Assembly: GCF_006345805.1 (NCBI RefSeq)
Contig: NC_043003.1
Coordinates: 91,636,001 to 91,700,000, forward strand
DNA length: 64,000 nucleotides
From: Octopus sinensis
Lineage: Eukaryota
Reading direction: 5' to 3'
Positions 14,136-26,889 of the stretch are shown here, piece by piece; the stretch's first letter is position 1, and each line of letters starts with the position of its first letter. Under the pieces are notes generated by a model. That model made no database searches. It saw only the letters and a list, made by a program, of their open reading frames with translations, and was not told the origin of the DNA. A program made the translations under genes and the position numbers.

Positions 14136-14841
14136 ACAACACCTAGGTTTCCCAAGATATTACTTAACTTTGGTGATCAGAGGACTCAACAGGATATGGC
14201 CATAAGCAGTAGAATAGCAGAAGAATAATTGGTTTTTGATTTCAATATTTTTGCATAAAATTTCATAGATGTTATTACTGTGGTTTTACAACCAAATGCT
14301 CTTCCTGCTATTAAATCTCCCTAGGGTAAGGAAAAAAAACAGGATTTCCTTTTGAAATGACTAAGCTACAGAATGCATTGCAGTTTTGTTATCTGTTAAG
14401 GTTCCTGCATGGATTCATGAGCTAAAAAAAGTGACTGTTATATCAAATACATTGTTGGTCTAACAACAACAGCCAACCCTTAGTTGCTCTACCTGTTTTA
14501 ATATTCTCAGAAGGATAAAAAACATTAACCTAAATGATATTTGGACCAGAACTATGGAATCAAGACACAAAACCATCAATCCTGACTCATCAATTTATAC
14601 TACTATCAGCTCTTAACTCCTCTGTTTGTAATTAGATTAATCATAATATATTTATGATATTGATTGAGAGCACACAACATACATGATCATTGTGAATCAT
14701 TAGGCTACTTTTTAGCACCCTAGCCTGTTGAGTTTAGAATTAAAAGTTTTGCTTTTGTGGCTTTTTAAAAGTATAATATATTAAGTATGAGACTAAACAT
14801 TAGCAATTTTAAAAAGGAGGTTCTTTTTATTGAAATAAACT

Positions 14842-15040
14842 TTAACCCTTTAGTATTCAGATTATTCTGTCAAATGAAAACTTATTAATTCATATTGTTT
14901 TGAACTAATCAAGCATTATCTTATTGCTTCACGGTTTTGAGGATGTGATTAATTATAGGGTCGATGAAAGAGACCAGATCCGGCCAGTTTGAACATAAAA
15001 CAGGTAGAATAATTTGGCCAGTTTAAATACTGAAAAGTAA
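14842..15040 (+). mobile_element. piggyBac-like MITE family P2
   Basis: TTAA-ccctttagtattcag start; body is the reverse complement of 29463-29665. Confidence 0.65.
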
Positions 15041-16245
15041 AAGCACTATAAAAAAATGAAGAACATTTGTTTACTATTTAAAAATTTATTGTACACCAAA
15101 ATTAAAACTGAATGATTAGATACTGAAAGCAATTTAGCAAATGACAATTTAAAAAATGCAATTTGATGCATAATCCTTCTATTTTAAAACTAAAGCAGTC
15201 ATCATCATCATCATTTAACGTCCGTTTTCCACGCTAGCACGGGTTGGACGGTTCGACCGGGGTCTGGGAAGCCAGGGGCTGCACCAGGCTCCAGTCTAAT
15301 CTGGCAGTGTTTCTACAGCTGGATGCCCTTCCTAACGCCAACCACTCCGCGAGTGTAGTGGGTGCTTTTTATGTGCCACCTGCACAGTGTTGAAATTTAA
15401 AATTCAAATGTATGTAACATAGAAGATGAAATAAAATTTGTATTGTAAAAAATTGAAGAGTTTATCCCTACAAAATTTATTAAGAAATAATTGTGTCTAG
15501 AATACGAGTTGAATCTGAAAAATCTAACTCCCTTATTTACTATTTTACTTTTAGAAACACAATTCCTTCCATCAGATCCTTTTTCATAAAAGCTCTTGAA
15601 TTGGATGTGATAATTTTCTGGAAATTTTAATGCATTATATTGGAGTTCACATTCAGTTGGAGTTGGAGTCATTCTTACTGCTCCAATTCCAGAACTCTGA
15701 CTGTGGCTTAACAGCCTTGATTTTTAAACTGGGCAGTTTGTGTTAAGCTAACCATTTTAACCGTTTTTGATATATTTCTGTTGAGAAACTTGCTCATTGT
15801 TTTGATTAATTATGAAAATGAAGAATTCAGTTAAACAACTTTATCATTATTAAACATGATGTTTTGATGGAATATTTTAATTCAGATCACTTTAAAAATT
15901 GGAAGTTTGAAGTTGACTCAAACAGGTTAATTAGATATTATGGATATATTCTCACAAGATATAGTTCTTTAGGCTTGGTGGTAGAATTGAGTCAAGCCCA
16001 ATATTTAATCCATTTGGAACAAAAGGCAAAGTAAATGAAGAGGAATTTGAATACAAAACCATGAAGCATCACACTAGATAGATTAATGCACTGAGTCTTA
16101 AGCTGCTAATATTGTAAACATTGTCTTACAATTGTTAATATTTATCTCTACCTGTCAACTTTAGTGTGGTTTGAACTTGGAGCTAAAAGGAATGTAGTTA
16201 AAATTCCACCAGCATTTTGTCCTGTGCTCTACTGAATTGCCACTT

Positions 16246-16287
<42 letters not shown>

Positions 16288-16349
16288 GCATACACACATA
16301 TGTGCAAGAACTGCGAATTAATCTCAACTCTTATTAATAACTGCATTTT

Positions 16350-17170
16350 TTTTTGTTTTTGTTTTTGGATGACAGGCAATTGGCTATAAATCAAGTAGCC
16401 AATGCTATTAGCATATCCTGTGAAGGAGTTAAGAATGCTCTGCACAATGAACTTGGCATGATAAAGGTTTTCTGCTTGGTGGGTGCCACATCTTCTGACA
16501 CCAGATCGAAAGCATACCAGGCTGATCACATCATGGGGAAATCTGACATTATTTGAGGCAGATCCAGCTGGTTTCCTAGGATGTTTCCAAATCCAGGATG
16601 AATGTTGGACAAAGAGACAATCCATGCAGTGGAAACACCCCTCCTCACATGCTACAAAGAAGGCCAAGGTCATTTCATCTGCAGGGAAGATGATGACCTC
16701 AGCTTTTGGGATGCAGAAGGCATTATGTTTCTTGACGCTTTACCATCAATGGAAAATACTGTGTCAACTTGCTGACGCAGGTACAAAAGGCTATCAAGAC
16801 CAAGCACTCAGGAAAACTGGCAAAAGGAGTTTTGTTTCATCAGTTAAATGCTCCAGCACAAAAGTCATTAGTTTCAATGACTGCTGTGCATGTCTGTGGC
16901 TTTGAACTGATTGATCAATTTCCCTATTCTCCTGATTTGGCCCCATCTAACCATCATCTGTTCCCCTACATGAAAAAGCACTTGGCAGGGATCCAGTATC
17001 CTAGTGATGATGATGTCACATCTGTTATTGATGGCTTTTTTGACCAACAGGATGAAAGCTTTTTCACCAATGAGATCCAAGCACTGCAACACCAATGAAA
17101 GAAGTGTGGACCACAAGGCATTTCAAATTCCATGAGAGTATTTGGTGAACCTATGAACTTTTCAGCTTAT
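16350..17170 (+). mobile_element. mariner transposase relic, 5'-truncated and frameshifted
   Basis: W.PHLLT, HQLNAPAQ and YSPDLAPSNHHLF motifs; terminal gaacttttcagc. Confidence 0.9.
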
Positions 17171-17187
17171 CACCTGGCTTATCACCT

Positions 17188-17219
17188 TATGACCTGGCAA
17201 CGCCGGGTCATAGTGCTAG
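17188..17219 (+). mobile_element. Helitron-type 3' terminus (hairpin plus CTAG)
   Basis: tatgacctggc-aac-gccgggtcata hairpin, then gtg-CTAG followed by T. Confidence 0.5.
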
Positions 17220-18053
17220 TATATGATAATTAGTTTTGTGTGTTTGATCAGTCACACAAATAAGATAATGATGTTGAAGTAGGAGGCTGGTCAACCATGA
17301 ATAGTGACTGAGTGTCAGTAGGAGGCATCTGCTTTTGTTTTAGTTCTAATATACTTTTTATATTGTGTGGCTTACAAGATATTTTCAAAAGTAAGAAAAG
17401 ATTTTGACATTTAATTTTATTTGGCACCAACATGATTATGTGATTTAGGTTCAGTCTCACTGTGCAGCACCTTGTAACATCTTGTACTATGAGTCCAAGT
17501 TGATCAAAGCATTATGAATAGAAACTAACCCCCCATTGTGTGTGTGTAGTTTATCTTGACATCATGTGATGGTTGTGGATAAGCATCACTGTCTTACAAG
17601 TGATGTAGGTTTTCATTTGTCCGTGGGGCTATAGGGAAATATTACTTTACTTCAGAAACGAGTGAGTTTGCAGCATTGAAGGGCATCTGACTGTAGAAAT
17701 TCTGCGACTTATAGTGGACTTCAAAACAATAAAAACAATAACAATGGCAATTTGAAGAATCCCTATATTTACTATAATTAATAAAACGTATAATTTTTGA
17801 TAATGAGTACACTAATTTATAAAAATAATTTCTAACATACTTTTCGTTGATCGCAAGAATTTATTTCAGTTTGGCACTTTATTTCTCTATGCCTGGCAAA
17901 TTGTTGAGTTATGGAACATAAAAGAACCCAATATAACACTATTAGTGTATAAACTTCAGCATATACACAAACATGAACACTAATACACATGCACACACAC
18001 ACTCGTATGTATACACAAAATCACCTCTCTCTTTCTCTCTCTCTCTCTTTCTT

Positions 18054-18135
<82 letters not shown>

Positions 18136-19544
18136 GTGAGAGAGAGAGAGAGGATTCTGTGCAGTTTCTGTCTGCCAAATTTCACTCATTTAAAGCAATG
18201 CAACATTTAGATTCCTTGCAATTTGCCTTGTCTTTTATTCAGCTAATTTTGATAAAATAAGTACTAAACCTAAAATAACTACTTGTTATATAATGTCAGT
18301 GATTTTTAACTGACAACCTCATTTTTTTTTTAGTTGCTTACAGTGCCAAAGCTTTTGTGAACTACATAAAATATCATTCTCTCCTCCTCCTTCCCAGCTA
18401 TATTTGCGACATTGTGCTGAAAAAAGAAATCCTTATAATCATTTATGTTAAAACATATAAAAAGGAAAGAAAGGAATGAGTGAATGAATGAAGACAATGT
18501 TGGGTAGAGAGAACTGTAACAACTATATAGTGTTTTTTAGAACCAGGACTCTAGTGCCAGTAACAATATGATGAATTGCATTCAGCCCAGACTCTAGAAT
18601 AGTAAAAAATGGCATTAAACATAATGTATGCAACAACAGTCAGTTTTGTGTGTGTGTTAAATGATGAACCATGGCAGGTGATGAGTTAAAGGGCCACAGT
18701 GGGCAGCGAGGTAAAGGGCCATAGTGGGTGGCAAGATAAAGGGCTGTGCTAAGGTGGGGAAACATTGAGAGAGACTTCAGCATAGAAAAATAAACATATG
18801 ATGGTGTGTATGTGTGTATTATGACATCATAAGAATTTATAAATGTTGGAGAGGATGTGAAATGATTATTTTTGGAACTGTGGGGTTTGTAACAGATGAA
18901 AAAGTCAAAGGCAACCTTCTATTTTTTCTATCCAAAAGGGTGCTTCAACCCAATATAAACGTGCTGTTATTTGTAGCTCTATTATCTGCTTCAAGAATCT
19001 CTATTCCGAAAAAGAATGATATGTGTATGTGTGTTTGTGCTTGTTTGCATCTTTGATCTGCTAGCATTGAACAAAGATGTAGGGGGTGGTGTTGATGTTG
19101 TCCATTTCTCCTGGCAGCAAATCATCTGCTTGCTTCATATCTTTGAAGCCATTTGGAATAAGAGATGCTTTGTTGAAAAGTTAGCATCAGAAAGGGTATC
19201 TTGTTGTGAAACAGTGCCTCAGCATATTCCATCTATGCAGGCATGGAAAAACAGATTCTTTGATCTTTTTTGGCAATTTGAATCACTTTTAGTTTAAATG
19301 CAGCTGTACACTTAGCTTACCCAGGAGGCATTTTCTTACAAAATGGTACAAGTATAAACCAAAACTATATGGTTATATTCCTCAAGTACTGTTTGGGACC
19401 TAACATCAGCTGATTTGTCAAGTGAGATTGTAACCTGACTTTCATACAGTCTTCCAAATTACTGTAGCTGATAATATTGATAATTGTGATATCAACCTTT
19501 TTGTTAACATATATTTATTAAAATACACTGCCTTCGTTTCAGTT

Positions 19545-22286
19545 CATCATCATCATCATAGTTTAACGTCCGCTTTCCATGCTAGCATGGGTTGGACGAT
19601 TTTACTGAGGACTAGTGAACCAGATGGCTGCACCAGGCTCCAATCTCTGATTTGGCAGAGTTTCTACAGCTGGATACCCTTCCTAACGCCAACCACTCCG
19701 AGAGTGTAGTAGGTGCTTTTATGTGCCACCGGCAAGAGGGCCAGTCAGGCGGTACTGGCAACGGCCACACTCAAATGGTGTTTTTTACGTGCCACCTGCT
19801 CAGGAGCCAGTCCAGCACCACTGGCAACGACCTTAGTTGAATGTTTTTCCACGTGCTAGTAAGGTGGCGCTGGTAACGGTCACGCTTAATGATGCTTTTT
19901 ATGTGCCACCAGCATGGAAGCCAGTTAGCTGCTCTGGCAATGACCACGCTTGGATGGTGCTCTTAGCACTCCACTAGCACGGATGCCAGTCATCAAATTT
20001 GATTTCGATTTCACTTGCCTCAACAGGTCTTCGCAAGCAGAGTTTAGTGTCTAATGAAGGAAAGGTATGCATAAGTGGGCTGGTTACACCCCTGGCATAG
20101 GCCACGAGGTTATGGTCTCACTTGGCTTGTCGGGTCTTCTCAAGCACAGCATATTTCGAAAGGTCTTGGTCACTAGTCATTGCCTCAGTGAGGCCTAATG
20201 TTCAAAGGTCTTGCTTCACCACTTCATCCCAGGTCTTCCTGGGTCTACCTCTTCCACAAGTTCCCTCAACTGCTAGGGTGTAGCACTTTTTCACACAGCT
20301 ATCCTCATTCATTCTCGCCACATGACCATACCAGCGCAGTCGTCTCTCTTGCACACTACATCTGATGCTTCTTAGGTCCAACTTTTCTCTCAAGGTACTT
20401 AAACCCTGTCGAATATGCACACTGACATTACACATCCATCGGAGCATACTGGCTTCATTCCTTGTGAGCTTACACATGTCCTCAGCAGTCACGGCCCATG
20501 TTTCACTGCCATGTAGCATGGCTGTTTGTACACATGTCATACAGTCTACCTTCTACTCTGAGTGAGAGGCCCTTTGTCACCAACAGATGTAAGAGCTCTC
20601 TGAACTTTGCCCAGGCTATTCTTATTCTAGCAGCTACACTTTCATCGCACCCTCCCCCGCTACTGATTTAGTCACCTAGGTAATGGAAGTTATCAACTAC
20701 TTCTAGTTTTCCTCCCTGGAATGTGGCGGAAGTTGTTCTCTGCTCATTTTCAGTGTTTATTGCTCCTGAGCATTTGCCACATACAAAAACTATCTTCCCA
20801 GTTAGCTTTCCTTTGATATTGCTGCACTTCTTATGTGTCCATAGCTTACACTGGGTACATCTTATAGAGTTTCTACCTATGCCTCTACTACAGATTGAGC
20901 AGGGCCATCTACCTGAAGGGATTTGTGGTTTGCCTGCCTTCCTACTTATTAGGACTTTGATTTTAGCTAGGTTGATTCTGAGGCCCTTTGATTCCAATCC
21001 TTGTTTCCACACCTGAAACTTCTCCTCTAGTTCTGATAGTGACTCAGCAATTAGAGCAAGGTTGTCAGCATAGAGGAGCTCCCAGGGGCATCCTGTCTTG
21101 AATTCCTCTGTTATTGCCTGGAGGACTATGATAAATAGGAAGAGGCTGAGGACTGAACCTTGGTGGACCCCTACCTCTACCCAGAATTCTTCACTGTACT
21201 CGTTGCCAATCCTTACCTTAATGACAGCGTCCCTGCATATGGCTTACACAGCCCTCACTAACCATTCATCTATTCCTAGTTTCCTCATTGACCACCAGAT
21301 AAGGGATTGGGGGACCCTGTCAAAGGATTTCTCCATGTCAACAAAAGCCAAGTACAGAGTTTATCTTTAGCTAGGTATTTCGACTGCAGCTGTCTTACCA
21401 GAAATATGGCATCAGTGGTGCTTTTCCCTGGCACGAACCCAAACTGCATCTCATCTAAACTGACTTTCTCCTTAATTAGTTGGGTTATGACCCTCTCTGT
21501 GACCTTCATTACCTGATCCAACAGCTTGATACCTCTGTAATTATTTGTATCTAAAGCATCACCTTTACCTTTGTAGCAGTTGACTATAGTGCTGCTACTC
21601 CAGTCATTGGATATGACTCCTTTGTGTATCACCTGGTTTATTATACAGGTGCCTAGGCTGTAGCCGACACTGCCAGATATTTTGAGCATCTCTGCAGTGA
21701 TTCTTGATGGGCTGAGGGCTTTCCCTGTCTTCATACTCTTAATTTCTTTATCTACCAAGGTACTGTCAATTTGGATAGCTGGTCCCTCTGTTGGGTTGAC
21801 ATTTGGCAGACTTTCTCTCTCCCATTCATTTTCTTTATTGAGTAACCTTTCATAGTGGTGTCTCGAAACCTCTCTCTTTGCAGCCTTGTTTAGTGCAAGT
21901 GAACCATCATCCATGCGGACACATTTCTCTCCAACAACATCATGATTCTCTCTCACACAATGTCTTGCAACACGAAATACCTCAAGTCTTTGGTCCTCAT
22001 GGCACAGAACATTGGCAAATTTTTTCTTATCTGCTTCCCCTCTGGCTAAATAAACCTGTCTCCTAGTTTCTCTTCTGGCAGTCTGATACAATTCCCTGCT
22101 ACCACTGTTCTTCCAATTCTTTCAAGCTTGTTTCTTTTCTCTAATAGCCCTGTCAACAACATTGTTCCACCACCATGTTATTTTGGGTCGAGAGGGGACC
22201 TTGCATCATCCACAGATCTGGTCAGTGGCCCTCAGCAGGTTGTCCCGTAGAAACCTCCAGTTGTCTTCTACATCGTGTGCATTTCT
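19545..22286 (-). mobile_element. RTE-clade LINE, 5'-truncated 2.7 kb copy with RT, PHD-like insert and (GAT)n tail
   Basis: RT motifs NNYRGIKLL, QFGFVPGKSTTDAIF, ELLYADN and FHYLGD; several frameshifts; interrupts a P1 MITE (19497-19544 and 22287-22400). Confidence 0.95.
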
Positions 22287-22591
22287 AAAATAATGAATTG
22301 AATGAAATATTTTTGTTGTTAATAAACTAATGTATGGAATGTTAACTAATATGAAATTTGATGGAAGGTGGCAAGCTCAGGTAGATTGGTATCAAAACAT
22401 ACAAGTTGTTACTTTTCATCTCTTATCTGACAAAACCGGTTACACTACTTAATAGCTGTTTACATCTATGAATTGTAGTTTGGTGAAGCATTCTGTACTG
22501 GCAAATAATACCATGTAATAAATAGATGTGCTTATATAAGAAATGATAGTGTGATGTATTTTGTATGGTACTCATTAAACTATAGTAATTA

Positions 22592-23348
22592 TTGGGTCAT
22601 CCCATAAATAATGCAGTTTTTTCAATTGCATGAACTAAAAGTTGGAGTGGGGATGGAATAAACTGGCTGCATCAACTTGCTATAAAAGCAGGTGGTAATT
22701 TTATTGTGTACTTATTTTTAGTGAAAGTTTTGAAGAGTGTAGTTCGATTTTAACAGTTATTTTTTCAAAGGTATAATGGAAGTGACAAAGGAGCATATTC
22801 AACATATTTTGATTTATGAGTTCAATAAGGACAACAATGCAATGGAAAGTGCGAGGAGTATTAATGTAGTATATGGGGATCGGACAATAAGCATAAGCCA
22901 GTGTCAGCAGTGGTTCCAGAAATTCTGTGCTGGAAACTACAGCCTAGAAGACGAGCCTCATCCTGGAAGATCTGTAGAACTTGTCCCACAAACCTTTGTG
23001 GAACAAAATCCCATTGTAACTGTTGAGGAACTATCAGAGAAACTTGGATTTGGTCATTCAACCATTCATTGACACCTGCGTGTCATTGGAAAAGTTAGAA
23101 AATTGGGTCATTGGGTTTGTCACAAACTTTCTGAGTTTAATCATGCACAGAGAGTGAATGTGTGCTCTTTTTTGTCACATCTCATGAATGAATCTCTTTT
23201 GGACCAAATAGTGGCTGGTGATAAGAAATGGGTTCTCTATAAAAATGTCAAGCGCTGAAGACAGTGTTTAGGGAAAAGAGAAACACTGGTACCTCAGGCT
23301 AAAGGTCTTCACCCACATGTGTTGTTATCTGTTTGATGGGATATGAAA
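22592..23348 (+). mobile_element. mariner element, 5' half
   Basis: TA + TIR ttgggtcatcccataaataatgc; HTH region MEVTKEHIQHILIYEF...WFQKF...LEDEPHPGR; IVAGDKKWVLY. Confidence 0.9.
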
Positions 23349-23881
23349 CTTTCTCAATAAATTATGCCTATCAAGCATAGAAAAGTAGTTATTGGCTCAT
23401 AAGGTAATATGCTGAAATGTGGCATAAAAATTAGGAATTGTGAAAGTGATATGAGGTAGATGAAGGACCTTTTTTTTGTGTTGAAAAGTTCTTGTTAAAT
23501 GTTAAGTAGCTTGCTTATTCACAACTTTAAAACCCTCTTGTTATCATATTTTTGTTGAAATACACTGCCTTTGCTTCAGTAAATTTTGAAAATTATGAAG
23601 AATTTGGTAAATAATTTAGTCATTATTAAACTGATGTTTGGAACATAAATTAATGTGAAATTTTGATGGTAGGTTTTAATTTAGATCACTTTAAGGCAAA
23701 AAATTTATATTGCAGAACTAAAAGCATCTTAAGCAGATTGGTATAAAAAAAAGTGGTAAGAAAATTATGATGTATGTACCTGAATTTGCATGCTGGTATC
23801 TAATCAGACTGACTATTATAATTTGACATTAAACATTCTGTGACACACAATTTATATTGTTAACTATTTTTTATCCCCTAG

Positions 23882-24049
23882 GTACTAGAATATTTTATGA
23901 CCGAGCATTTTTACTGCAATGCCGTAATTCTCCATTGGCTAAAAGCCCTCCTCCAAATATGGCACAGATTCCTGGAATAACAATGCCTGGAGAAGTTGAC
24001 ATGCCTAGTAATCCACATACAGCAGTTGAAGAAGAGAAAGGTACTAAAG
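23882..24049 (+). CDS. EIF4EBP: eIF4E-binding protein (4E-BP/Thor), internal coding exon
   Basis: (G)[33 protein letters not shown]: YxxxxLL eIF4E-binding motif, S65/T70-like SP sites and IPG[IV]T motif; ttttttatccccTAG acceptor; AAG|GTAGGT donor; 168 nt, phase 1-1 as in vertebrate EIF4EBP genes. Confidence 0.95.
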
Positions 24050-24549
24050 GTAGGTGGACTTATACACATCCACTTAGTCTTGCTTGTGTCGTAGAAATTG
24101 TCCATCCCACCATCCATTTATCTATCTATTTTTTATCTTTTTTTATCTGTGTGTGTATAGGAGTGTTTGTATTTAAGATGTGAATTTCTCAACTAAATGG
24201 TTTCAGGGTTAGTTCCACTCTGTGTCACCTTGGGCAAGTGCCTTCTACTATAGTCTCAAACTTAAGTATATTTGATAGGTGGAAACTGAAAGAAGCCCAC
24301 AAATGTATGTATGTTTGTGTCTTGTCTTGATATCATACAATAGCTGTAAGTAGGTAACTGTCATACCAGCAGTGTCATCAATTCCCAATATTTTGTAAAA
24401 ACATGTCTGGCTATAAGAAGTATTACTTTGCTTGGAAACAGGTGAGTGTTGGCAATGGGAAGGGTGTCTGGCTGTGGAAAATCTATCTCAAACCCTGTCC
24501 TCCAGCCCATGCAAGCATAGAAAAGGAACATTAAAATTATGATGATGAA

Positions 24550-24848
24550 TATATATTATTTACATTATTTACATTTGACGGATATTTCTCATCTTGTTTG
24601 TTAACACATTTCAGCTGATATACCCTCCAGCCTTCATCAGGTGTCTTGGGGAAATTTCAAACCTGGGTTCTCATTCCTTAGATATTTTTCCATGTTATTA
24701 TTATTATTATGGTCACTGCCTGGAATCGAACTCGGAATCTTGAGGTTCGTAGCTCATGCTCTTAACAACTATGCCATATGCCTGTGGGCAATTATGGAGT
24801 GAATTTTAGGGCTTGTAAACCTAATATTTTCCTATCTATCCTTAATAT
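24550..24848 (-). mobile_element. ~300 bp repeat with a tRNA-like Pol III head and a hammerhead motif (SM-alpha-like SINE or retrozyme)
   Basis: A box TGGCATAGTTGTTAA (24776-24762), B box GTTCGATTCC (24731-24722), then CTGATGA...GAAA at 24640-24609 on the same strand. Confidence 0.65.
24603..24645 (-). ncRNA. Type I hammerhead ribozyme relic with stem III deleted
   Basis: GACAC-CTGATGA-A-GGCTG gagggtatat CAGCT-GAAA-T-GTGTT. Confidence 0.65.
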
Positions 24849-24880
24849 CGGTTCCCATATGCTACTCATATCTGCATTTG

Positions 24881-24977
24881 GTCTGCTTAGGAGGTTGTTG
24901 TGTCCTAGCATATGTGCTGCTTCTTTTACTAAAAGAAGCAGCACATATGCTAGGACACAACAACCTCCTAACCAGAC
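24881..24977. repeat. Near-perfect palindrome: 47 bp arms, 3 nt loop
   Basis: 41 bp perfect (24887-24927 / 24931-24971) plus 5 more pairs after one C-C mismatch. Confidence 0.97.
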
Positions 24978-26334
24978 AGAGGACTGAGATATGTGGCACA
25001 TTGCTGTACTCAAGATCTGCTCACCACAACAGAATTGAGAACCTAAAACCAAGGTACCACATAAAAAGCATTGATGTTAGTGCTGGTGCCCTGTAGAAAG
25101 CATCCAGTACAATCTGTAAAGTAGTTGGCATTAGGAAGGGCATCCAGCTGTAGAAACCAAGCCAAATCAGAAAATGGAACCTGGTGCAGCATCTGACCTT
25201 GTCAGCTCCTGTCAAGCTCTCCAACCCATACCAGCATGGAAAATAGAGGTTAAATGTTGATGATGATTGTGTGTGTATTATAAAACAAATATTTGTATGG
25301 GAGCTCAGTTGACGCTCAGAGCACAGAAACACTCCGTTGTCTCATGTAACAACAAATAACCTCTACAACTTTAGCTTTTAGATACCATAATGCACATTGA
25401 CAGATGTGACATTCTTGATGGGGGTAATCTGTTACATATATGTTATCACTGATAGTATTGTCACTTCCTTAATGTCCTGAATGTCATCATGGGAAAAGAT
25501 GGTCAAATTTACAACAAAGCACAACTTGATTGTGTCAGGAAACAAAAAAAACAAACCTAAATCATGCACTCTTATCCAAAGTAAGAAAGGTGTTATGGCT
25601 CATGAGGTATACAATATATATTTGTGTGTGTGTGTGTGTGGAAAGCATATGGCCTAGTGGTTAGGGGTGTTTGGTTCATTATCATAATATCTTGGGTTCA
25701 GTTCCCGGTCTGGGTGGCATGTGTCCTTGAGCAAGGGCCTTCATTTCACGTTGTTCTAGTCTACTCCACTGGAAATTAGTACTAGCTGAATATTGGTACA
25801 CCTCCCCTTCCTTCCAGTTGCCATATCCTGGATGTGTTGCTAGGCCAAACAGTGGGAGAGTCAGTCAAAAGTTGTCTTTGCTGCAGTTTAGTAGGCACTT
25901 GAAACAATTCACCGAAAGCTGATACATGTTACCCAACCACACTTGTTTGCTGGCTCCTCTGTGTGTGTTGGGTGGGGGTGGGGGGTCTTTTATAGTACTT
26001 TCAAATCACGTTTTATGAAAGAATTTATTATTAAGGATGTGATATATTTTCATATTCTGTGTTTATTGGAAGATTGAAGTTCTGGGCTATTTGTTTAAAA
26101 GTCACATGTTCATTATTGGGTCTCAGATATATTAATACAGTGAGCTACAAAACTTTATTATTCAAGCAATTTAGTGAAGAACGTGTAGGAGGTGGGGTAT
26201 AATCTAAAAACTATTAGGAAGGGAGATAACTCCAATATGATTAGTTGACCTAAATTTATAGACGATAAAGTAAAGTGGAATAGGTTTATCTTTAACCATT
26301 TTGTTACCCAATGAAATAAACTGTTTAGTTTTTA

Positions 26335-26545
26335 TTAATCCCTTTGTTACCATATTTCTGATAAAATATGCTGCTTTCAGTTAATTTTGAAAATAATGAA
26401 TTTAGTGAAATAGCTGTCACTATCAAGCTAATATTTAGAACACAATTTAATATAGAATTTTGATGGACATTTTTAATTTAGATCACTTTAAAACAGAAAG
26501 TTTGTTGTATCAAGGTATCAGGCAGGTTGGTTTCAAAAGGGTTAA
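26335..26545 (+). mobile_element. piggyBac-like MITE family P1, near-complete
   Basis: TTAA-tccctttgttacca ... tggtttcaaaaggg-TTAA. Confidence 0.8.
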
Positions 26546-26889
26546 ACATTTATTTAAACGTGTAATGAAATTGTGCTATCCATCTGTTCCCATAAAGTTT
26601 GAAAATAAAGATTTTTGGGGGTATATCTAATAAAATAGCTAATTCCTTTTTTGTTTAGTAAAATAACTAATTTTGTTATTATTAAGCTGGTGTTTCAAAT
26701 ATAAGTTAAAAAGTACGTGTACGTCTGCATTCCTTTATAGTATAGGTTAGACATTTTTATAATATCTAACAGATCAGAGGACGACATCTTGCTCCAATGT
26801 TACACTTTTGGCATGATTTCTACAGCTGGATGCCCTTTCTGATACCAACCATTTTAAAGTTGTTACACTGGTCCTGGGTCTTTTTTTGG

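Noticed and set aside
15397-15672. 91-aa minus-strand ORF
   Set aside because: No recognisable domain; it begins in ggagttggagt repeats suggestive of a decayed DNA-transposon end.
18687-18760. Three ~25 bp direct repeats (taaagggcc...) as a CRISPR-like array
   Set aside because: Degenerate tandem minisatellite with no spacers, in a eukaryotic context with no cas genes.
24792-25096. Overlapping + and - ORFs with the same peptide LGGCCVLAYVLLLL
   Set aside because: A by-product of the DNA palindrome at 24881-24977.
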